A stretch of 64,000 nt of DNA from a virus (IMGVR_UViG_3300041405_000130), one strand, 5' to 3'; shown: positions 58,626-64,000, numbered from the stretch's first letter. Translations and numbers: made by a program. The notes: generated by a model from the sequence alone, not told the origin.

Positions 58626-59026
58626 ATGAAGTCTTCCTAGGTGGTACTTGCGCAGGTCCTGATTATCGAGAACAACTGATCCCTCTTTTAAAGGTTCCTT
58701 ATTTCAACCCAGTGGTTGCGGATTGGAAACCTGAAGATGCAGCTCGTGAAGATCGAGCGAAAGAAGAAGCATCAGCTAACGTCTTTGTTATCACACCTGC
58801 AGCAGTTGGCATGTACTCTGTTGCAGAACTTACGGAATTGGCTATCGAATCCGAGAAGCCGCTGTTTGTCATGTTTATGGAAGTAGAGGGTTTCACATGG
58901 AACGAGCATCAACAAAAGTCAAACACGCAAATCAAAAAACTTCTGAGCAAGTACAACGCGTTAATCTTCGAAGACCTATCGCAGTTGGCAGCAGCTATCA
59001 ACTGGACAGTCGCCAAGGTGAACTAG
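58622..59026 (+). CDS. nucleoside 2-deoxyribosyltransferase-like protein (NDT-like 2 family)
   Basis: VFLGGT...YFNP.V.DW...E...FVIT...GMYSVAEL pattern. Confidence 0.7.
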   Translation: MNEVFLGGTCAGPDYREQLIPLLKVPYFNPVVADWKPEDAAREDRAKEEASANVFVITPAAVGMYSVAELTELAIESEKPLFVMFMEVEGFTWNEHQQKSNTQIKKLLSKYNALIFEDLSQLAAAINWTVAKVN

Positions 59027-59379
59027 TTGCACCTAACCTGGATTTGTTTTTGGCATCTACTCCATATGTGAGACGACCCATAATAGGGTATCTTGTATCG
59101 GTGCCGGATACAAAGCCTAAGCCTAAGGTAGAACGACCAGTTAAACCTGGACCTGCCAATACGGTGGCAATGCCAATCGATTGTGGTGAACATTTGTATT
59201 ACCACAAGTCAGACGGTAAGTTCTATCCGCTCCCATGGACTCATGACATCCAACATGACATCGTGTTGACTCCAGAGGAAATGGTAGTAGCTCGTGCAGC
59301 GTTCCGTGAACGATGGCCAGAGTGGAAACACATCTCGGAAGAACACTACGATATCAACACTGGTGAGTTCTTTAACTAA
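58897..59379 (+). CDS. hypothetical protein (true start probably downstream of 59026)
   Basis: Open frame filling the gap; 5' part overlaps the previous gene. Confidence 0.45.
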   Translation: MERASTKVKHANQKTSEQVQRVNLRRPIAVGSSYQLDSRQGELVAPNLDLFLASTPYVRRPIIGYLVSVPDTKPKPKVERPVKPGPANTVAMPIDCGEHLYYHKSDGKFYPLPWTHDIQHDIVLTPEEMVVARAAFRERWPEWKHISEEHYDINTGEFFN

Positions 59380-59460
59380 GTAGTTGATTTGTATACAACT
59401 ATATGTGGTTGGGTCAGCGCAATAGTGCAGCCCAATCACAGTTGTCTTTGCCCCAAAGTA

Positions 59461-59487
59461 AAATAATACTTTGAATGTAATAGTATA
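59461..59487 (+). promoter_or_regulatory. bipartite promoter AATAATACT-N10-TAGTATA for tRNA cluster 1
   Basis: Shares TGTAATAGTATACGAG with 62604-62632. Confidence 0.65.
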
Positions 59488-59570
59488 CGAGAGTAACTGC
59501 CGCAAGTATCATTGGGTTACCTAGCTTCTAGGACCACGTGAAAAAGCGGTGGGTACTGTCATGCTTGATG

Positions 59571-59647
59571 GTGAGCTTAGCTCAGTTGGATAGAGTGCCG
59601 GGATGTGACCCCGGAGGTCAGGAGTTCAATCCTCCTAGCTCACACCA
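59571..59647 (+). tRNA. trnH: tRNA-His (GUG)
   Basis: Cloverleaf: GTGAGCT/AGCTCAC, CCGGG-AT GTG AC-CCCGG, AGGAG-TTCAATC-CTCCT, encoded CCA; G at 59570 in the -1 position. Confidence 0.9.
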
Positions 59648-59668
59648 TTTCTTTTCTGGGAGTATTCT

Positions 59669-59836
59669 ATGAAAGTTAAGATCAAACCACGTCCACTAGC
59701 AGACTTTGGTCCAGCCGATTGCGGCTGTTGCAGCAGACTTAGTTGGAAAAATCTTAAACTCGATAAACAGATACTTCGAGAAGCTGTTAATGATGCTGAC
59801 TACGCAGTCAGTAAAAGAGAACAGCAAGCAGCATAA
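59669..59836 (+). CDS. small protein (55 aa) with a CGCC motif inside the tRNA cluster
   Basis: SD GGGAG at 59658; MKVKIKPRPLADFGPADCGCCSRLSWKNLKLDKQILREAVNDADYAVSKREQQAA*; below the track cutoff. Confidence 0.65.
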   Translation: MKVKIKPRPLADFGPADCGCCSRLSWKNLKLDKQILREAVNDADYAVSKREQQAA

Positions 59837-59837
59837 C

Positions 59838-59914
59838 GCAGCCATAGTTCAGTTGGTTAGAATGCCTGCCTGTCACGCAGGAGGTCGCGGGTTCGAGTCC
59901 CGCTGGTTGCGCCA
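59838..59914 (+). tRNA. trnD: tRNA-Asp (GUC)
   Basis: GCAGCCA/TGGTTGC, CCTGC-CT GTC AC-GCAGG, TTCGAGT, CCA. Confidence 0.95.
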
Positions 59915-59920
59915 GTTTCA

Positions 59921-59996
59921 CAGAGTGTAGTTCAGTTGGTAGAATGCGTGGTTTGGGACTACGTGGTCGGGGGTTCGAAGCCTCCCACTCTGACCA
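59921..59996 (+). tRNA. trnP: tRNA-Pro (UGG)
   Basis: CAGAGTG/CACTCTG, CGTGG-TT TGG GA-CTACG, CCA. Confidence 0.95.
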
Positions 59997-60000
59997 GTTT

Positions 60001-60130
60001 TGAAATTAACTAACAACGACGGTAAGGTACAGCCCGAATCACACTAAAGGAGCCGCCCGGTGATTCAATAGTGGTGCATGGGTACAAGTCAGGAGATAAA
60101 ACGAGTCGCCTTTCTCCATAGTTAGTTTCA
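60001..60130 (+). ncRNA. candidate structured ncRNA (130 nt)
   Basis: 12-bp closing stem 60001-12/60119-30; internal GAATCAC/GTGATTC and GGAGA/TCTCC stems. Confidence 0.55.
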
Positions 60131-60140
60131 AATGTTTTAC

Positions 60141-60226
60141 GGATGATGTAGAGACGGATGGCTACCGTCAGCGGCCTGTAACCCCGCCGGTTCTCCTAGA
60201 GGTTCAATTCCTTCCTTCATCCACCA
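60141..60226 (+). tRNA. trnY: atypical tRNA-Tyr-like gene (GUA)
   Basis: Anticodon loop CT GTA AC, T loop TTCAATT, A73-CCA; non-canonical acceptor and D stems. Confidence 0.6.
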
Positions 60227-60231
60227 ATGAT

Positions 60232-60315
60232 GCCCAGGCTTAGCTTAAACGGCAAAGCACTTGTCTTGCGCGGCGCGCAAGCAAGAGACATGCAGGTTCG
60301 ACTCCTGCCCAGGGC
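60232..60315 (+). ncRNA. tRNA-like RNA lacking an anticodon loop (pseudo-tRNA)
   Basis: D arm GCTT/AAGC, T arm GCAGG-TTCGACT-CCTGC; anticodon arm replaced by an 11-bp hairpin with a 3-nt loop; no CCA. Confidence 0.65.
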
Positions 60316-60320
60316 TGCTA

Positions 60321-60580
60321 GACAGAAGGCACTTCGGTGCAGAACTAAAACGAGGCGTCATTACACGCCTACCTAGATGACGACCGACCTGACGCGCAGG
60401 GTAATCAGCTACTAGGGAACTGTTTAGGTAAAGAATTTCCATCGTTGTCCAGACCAGCTCTTGCACCAAACGGGTAACCGTTAGCTCGCTGCAAGCCTGG
60501 ACTCCCTTGGGAATATTAGCACTACCCGATCCAGAAGTTAGTCGGGGTTAATAGTCACCGGTGAAGCCCGGTATAGCGAT
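60321..60580 (+). ncRNA. candidate large structured ncRNA (about 260 nt)
   Basis: No ORF; at least 8 nested or adjacent helices including cUUCGg and GNRA tetraloops. Confidence 0.6.
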
Positions 60581-60584
60581 CCAT

Positions 60585-60660
60585 TGGCAAATAGCTCAGT
60601 TGGTAGAGCACACGGCTGTTAACCGTGCGGTCCCTGGTTCGAGTCCAGGTTTGCCAGCCA
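60585..60660 (+). tRNA. trnN: tRNA-Asn (GUU) copy 1
   Basis: TGGCAAA/TTTGCCA, CACGG-CT GTT AA-CCGTG, CCA. Confidence 0.95.
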
Positions 60661-60661
60661 T

Positions 60662-60737
60662 TTCGGGATAGCTCAGTTGGTAGAGCAGCGCACTGTTAAT
60701 GCGTTGGTCCCAGGTTCGAACCCTGGTCCCGGAGCCA
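60662..60737 (+). tRNA. trnN: tRNA-Asn (GUU) copy 2
   Basis: TTCGGGA/TCCCGGA, GCGCA-CT GTT AA-TGCGT, CCA. Confidence 0.95.
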
Positions 60738-60744
60738 ATTCAAT

Positions 60745-60774
60745 AAAGGAGATCTTCGGATCTCCTTTATGCTG
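60745..60774 (+). terminator. terminator of tRNA cluster 1
   Basis: AAAGGAGATC-TTCG-GATCTCCTTT-ATGCTG. Confidence 0.85.
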
Positions 60775-60799
60775 TCTAATAGTGAAAGAGGAAATACAA

Positions 60800-61087
60800 A
60801 TGGCAAGCGAAGATCTATTGTTCCACGGTAAATTGACTGTCACAGGTAAAAGGGTTCTAGAGTATCCAGTATACAAGATCGTTCAACTGTACGCTGGCGC
60901 ATGGAATGTGTTGTGTAAAATGTATGGTGACTCAGGTACACAACCAAATGAAGCGGCTTGTAAGGAATGGGTACGTAAACATATCGATCATTACGTTACC
61001 CTGGAAGACTATCAAGAGCTAGAGAAAGAAAACTTAGCCCTTAAAGAAAGACTGGCTCAATACGAAATCGAACACACGGGGGATTAA
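60800..61087 (+). CDS. hypothetical protein
   Basis: Track ORF 60677..61087 overlaps a tRNA; ATG 60800 with SD GAGG preferred. Confidence 0.7.
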   Translation: MASEDLLFHGKLTVTGKRVLEYPVYKIVQLYAGAWNVLCKMYGDSGTQPNEAACKEWVRKHIDHYVTLEDYQELEKENLALKERLAQYEIEHTGD

Positions 61088-61288
61088 ATGTTAGAATCTA
61101 TTGAAGAACAAAAGGTTTATAAGTCTCCAACTGGAAAACCTTTCAGGGTACTCTATCTGGCTCGCCACGCACAAGACTGTGGTTGGCCTATGGTTGTCTA
61201 TACTAACCTTGGTCCAACTGAGGATGCCCCAATGGGGACGGTATGGACTATTGCGGAGAGTATATTCCTAAGGACATTTAGTGAATGA
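61088..61288 (+). CDS. DUF1653-like small protein
   Basis: VYKSPTGKPFRVLYLARHAQDC..MVVY pattern. Confidence 0.65.
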   Translation: MLESIEEQKVYKSPTGKPFRVLYLARHAQDCGWPMVVYTNLGPTEDAPMGTVWTIAESIFLRTFSE

Positions 61289-61467
61289 TGTCACCTAACC
61301 TGATAGAGAACATCACAATCAGAATAGCCAAAGCTATGGGCATGACCCCAGAAGAATTCCAGCTATATCAGAAGCGACACATGGCTGATTTAGATCAACG
61401 TCTATCGGATCAGATGGAACAACAGAAAATGACTCCCGATGTATTAGCTAAGCGGTGTACGTTATGA
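61285..61467 (+). CDS. small helical protein, paralogue 1
   Basis: ATGA coupled; ends TPDVLAKRCTL. Confidence 0.65.
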   Translation: MMSPNLIENITIRIAKAMGMTPEEFQLYQKRHMADLDQRLSDQMEQQKMTPDVLAKRCTL

Positions 61468-61637
61468 CAATTCAAGATTTAATCGACCAGGCACGCGCAC
61501 GGAGATCTCCAGAAGAGCAGGCACAAATCGATGAAGACATGCGTCTAAGAATGGAAGCTATCAATAAACGAGAACATGCTTTGTTTGTTGCATCGTGTGT
61601 AACGGAAGAACAACTCAATCGGTTGATCTCATTATGA
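61464..61637 (+). CDS. small helical protein, paralogue 2
   Basis: ATGA coupled; ends TEEQLNRLISL. Confidence 0.65.
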   Translation: MTIQDLIDQARARRSPEEQAQIDEDMRLRMEAINKREHALFVASCVTEEQLNRLISL

Positions 61638-61828
61638 GTTTACAAGCATTGATCGGTTTATCGAAAACAACCATCGACATGAATGATCCCGAGGTTATCG
61701 CTCGATTCAAAGCTGTCCGTAAAAAAATGGAAGAATTTGATAAAGAAATTGAAGAACGAGTTAGACAACGCATTCCTACTCAAGAACAATTACAGAAAGT
61801 AGTTAACTGGGGCACTCTTTACGGTTAG
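61634..61828 (+). CDS. small helical protein, paralogue 3
   Basis: ATGA coupled; contains TQEQLQKVVNW. Confidence 0.65.
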   Translation: MSLQALIGLSKTTIDMNDPEVIARFKAVRKKMEEFDKEIEERVRQRIPTQEQLQKVVNWGTLYG

Positions 61829-61851
61829 GAGGCTTTGCCTCCTTTATGCCG
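61827..61851 (+). terminator. terminator, TTATGCCG family
   Basis: AGGAGGC-TTT-GCCTCCT-TTATGCCG. Confidence 0.75.
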
Positions 61852-61885
61852 TTCAATAGTCTGTATATGAATTGGCAGGTGTGCT

Positions 61886-62599
61886 ATGTTTGAAATATTG
61901 TTATTACCACATGCAGGGTTACAAGACGAAGAAGCAGGACAAACTATTTTTCTTTATGATCCTGAAACCAATACGGACCTAGCTGGGTCGGGAGCCACAA
62001 TTACATTAATTGGGGCGGCTGTCAAGGACGACACAATCATTAACGGACATAAGACACTATCCATGCCCACAACTGCATCTGGATTTAGAGCGGTGTTCCC
62101 CACCCCACTCGATCTACAGGGAAAGAACTGGACACTGGAATGGTCGTTCTATAATACGTCCTCTGCAGCAAGCTATGCTCCAGAATTAACTGTTAACTCT
62201 TCTACTGCTGGTACAGGTATTCTATCGCGGTGGGGAGATGCTGGTTTTGGAAATCGATTACAGTTAGGGGGCAGGTTTTCCACTGCACCAGAATGTTGGA
62301 GCCCACCCGTTTTAAAATCGACTTCATTAAACAACGAAGTCAACATGGCCCTTTCTTGTAAAGATGGGATAGTCCACGTATTCCGAAATGGAGTTAAGGT
62401 GGCGATGGCAAACGGTACCAGCGGCACCTACAACTATCAAACGTATCCAGTCGGTGCCAACTTATCTAATTTGATTAACTTAACCGCTGGATATATTGGA
62501 TCAGGCTCTGCTACTCAGACTGGATATAGGGGCAGAATTCGTTTAAGTCTAGGTGGACGGTACACGCGTAACTATCCTCTCGCACCACTAGAACTCTAA
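61886..62599 (+). CDS. concanavalin A/LamG-like beta-sandwich protein (probable virion/tail accessory)
   Basis: WTLEW.FY, V.VFRNGVKV, GYIG...GYRGRIRLS..RY pattern. Confidence 0.65.
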   Translation: MFEILLLPHAGLQDEEAGQTIFLYDPETNTDLAGSGATITLIGAAVKDDTIINGHKTLSMPTTASGFRAVFPTPLDLQGKNWTLEWSFYNTSSAASYAPELTVNSSTAGTGILSRWGDAGFGNRLQLGGRFSTAPECWSPPVLKSTSLNNEVNMALSCKDGIVHVFRNGVKVAMANGTSGTYNYQTYPVGANLSNLINLTAGYIGSGSATQTGYRGRIRLSLGGRYTRNYPLAPLEL

Positions 62600-62603
62600 G
62601 AAT

Positions 62604-62628
62604 AAAATACTCGTAGTGTAATAGTATA
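62604..62628 (+). promoter_or_regulatory. bipartite promoter AAAATACT-N10-TAGTATA for tRNA cluster 2
   Basis: Recurrent motif. Confidence 0.65.
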
Positions 62629-62630
62629 CG

Positions 62631-62745
62631 AGTGAATGCCGTTAGTTCACCAAAAGAGCGTAAGAGCAAGAATCCCCTATAGCTTGCTCGGCAGGGACCA
62701 GGGATATCGGTTAGCCTGGTTTAACAAAAACCCGACCAAGATACA
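62631..62745 (+). ncRNA. structured leader or small RNA before tRNA-Trp
   Basis: Three hairpins: GTGAA/TTCAC, GAGCAAG/CTTGCTC, ACCAGG/CCTGGT. Confidence 0.45.
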
Positions 62746-62821
<76 letters not shown>

Positions 62822-62827
62822 TCTATA

Positions 62828-62900
62828 GAGAGTAACACCGGTTCGAGTCCGGTACTGTCGGTTTCCACCGGCGGTTCGTCTAGTGGCCTAGGACACTCTC
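62828..62900 (+). ncRNA. circularly permuted tRNA-Glu-like RNA, unit 1
   Basis: GAGAG-TAAC-[T arm ACCGG TTCGAGT CCGGT]-[acceptor ACTGTCGG-TTTCCA-CCGGCGGT]-TC-[D arm GTCTAGTGGCCTAGGAC]-A-CTCTC. Confidence 0.8.
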
Positions 62901-62905
62901 GCTTC

Positions 62906-62966
62906 GGAGGACGTTGGTGCAAATCCAACCAGCAATAGCTGTCGTCTAGTTAGACTAGGGCACTCC
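62906..62966 (+). ncRNA. circularly permuted tRNA-like RNA, unit 2 (short acceptor)
   Basis: GGAG-GAC-[GTTGG TGCAAAT CCAAC]-[CAGC-AATA-GCTG]-TC-[GTCTAGTTAGACTAGGGC]-A-CTCC. Confidence 0.7.
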
Positions 62967-62988
62967 ACCTATTCAGAAGAGAGTAATA

Positions 62989-63663
62989 ATGTTTGTCGAT
63001 ATCAGTAACTATTTGATAGCTACACCTCTACCGGTTTCTGATGAGAAACCAGTTGCACTGGAACTCCTTGGCTCTTTCGCCTTGGAATTATATCCAGAGG
63101 TAATTAGCCAAATGGCCGACGGTTCCATACAACTCTCTGCGCCCACATTAGGGGCGTCCAGTAAAAGCACACATCGCACTCGGTGCGAATGGAAAGAGCC
63201 AGTCTACTGGTCACTTACAGGTGCACCGCATCATTGGTCTCGGCAAGAGATGACGCTTACAAAGGTCAACTCAGCTAAGAAAGTAGTGATTGCACAAGTC
63301 CATGTCAAAGGAGCTACTACGCCACCACTAAAGGTCTTCTGGAATAAAGGGAAGATCACTGCTGGTTTCCGTACTAACTTCGATGACGCAATTATAAGCA
63401 ACTTCACTTTGTTGGAAGACGTTCCACTAGGTGTACCATTTAAGATCAGCATACACGTCACCACAGCCGGGTCCGTTTCAATATCGGTACTCTGCCAAGG
63501 GCGTAAGTCGATCTGCCCAGTGCTAAAGTTAGATAGTTCATGGAAAGACAAAACCTTCCAATTCCATGGTGGGGTCTACAATCAAATTGATTATTCAGAT
63601 ACCACTCCGGTAGATGATGGTTCAGTTTGCTTGATCCATGCATTAGCTACAACGCACGAATAA
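62989..63663 (+). CDS. polysaccharide lyase family 7 (alginate lyase)-like protein
   Basis: RTRCEWKE (about R-S-E-L-R), VIAQVH (QIH/QVH), FHGGVYNQ (about YFKAG.Y.Q); no signal peptide. Confidence 0.8.
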   Translation: MFVDISNYLIATPLPVSDEKPVALELLGSFALELYPEVISQMADGSIQLSAPTLGASSKSTHRTRCEWKEPVYWSLTGAPHHWSRQEMTLTKVNSAKKVVIAQVHVKGATTPPLKVFWNKGKITAGFRTNFDDAIISNFTLLEDVPLGVPFKISIHVTTAGSVSISVLCQGRKSICPVLKLDSSWKDKTFQFHGGVYNQIDYSDTTPVDDGSVCLIHALATTHE

Positions 63664-63669
63664 AGTTTC

Positions 63670-64000
63670 ATACCTACTGGAAACGGTAGAGCAAGTCCTC
63701 TGGCCTAACCCGCCATGGGCATTAAGTTCGTAAGAGTCATGGCAGGATGGTGGTCACGCGATTGCGCCCACTGTGCTGAAAAGGTCGCTTCAATCGGAAT
63801 CTATAGTACTTAAAGCCGATTGGAGTAAAGGATCGTCCCACGATAATTACAAGCCCATTCCCCTTTGGGAGTGGTAAGACCCTCGCGATAAAAAGCGTGG
63901 GCACGGTCGTTAGCGATGTCACTACTCACCCTAGGGCAACGCCTGCATGCTAACGATTTAAAGATACCCTACGACGGCTGCTGGATTGATCATAGCCAGC
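63670..64000 (+). ncRNA. candidate large structured ncRNA, runs off the window end
   Basis: No sense ORF; several long helices and a GAAA tetraloop. Confidence 0.5.

Noticed and set aside
59780-60580. tmRNA (ssrA-like VNDADYA...AA reading and nearby tRNA-like element)
   Set aside because: The AA-ending frame is an ordinary ORF with its own SD and ATG, and no tmRNA acceptor ends (GGGG...CCACCA with G3-U70) or resume context were found
62869-62936. Ordinary tRNA-Glu read in normal order from 62869
   Set aside because: The would-be 3' acceptor strand (CAGCAAT) does not pair with CGGCGGT and there is no CCA. The pairings only close in the permuted arrangement.

Overview
This window is a 64-kb segment of a phiKZ-like, nucleus-forming jumbo myophage (Chimalliviridae type). 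The host is probably a pseudomonad or another gammaproteobacterium, which is an inference. Positions 1-36.8 kb are mostly minus-strand. They carry the phage-nucleus locus (partial ChmC-like RNA-binding protein, Mre11/SbcD nuclease, non-virion RNAP beta-prime subunit with NADFDGD, chimallin shell protein), an RlaP-type nucleotidyltransferase coupled to the family B DNA polymerase core, a CX5R phosphatase, the PhuZ tubulin and many hypothetical ORFs. A structural block follows (tail tube, sheath, neck/baseplate proteins, large terminase), then DHFR, NrdA/NrdB and an inner-head-like modular protein. The final 6 kb is an RNA-rich island containing 6 canonical tRNA genes, one atypical tRNA-Tyr-like gene, several tRNA-like or structured non-coding RNAs, and a PL7 alginate-lyase gene. 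The most notable unexplained signals are: (1) two tandem circularly permuted tRNA-Glu-like RNAs (T arm, loop-closed acceptor stem, D arm; no anticodon loop) at 62828-62966; (2) a candidate programmed -1 frameshift (G GGA AAG plus a stem-loop 6 nt downstream) at 57044 that would add a third repeat module to an SNE-punctuated head polyprotein; (3) an anticodon-less tRNA and several 100-340 nt structured RNAs. All family assignments come from motif recognition and recalled gene order, and RNA pairings were worked out by hand. No database search or folding program was run.
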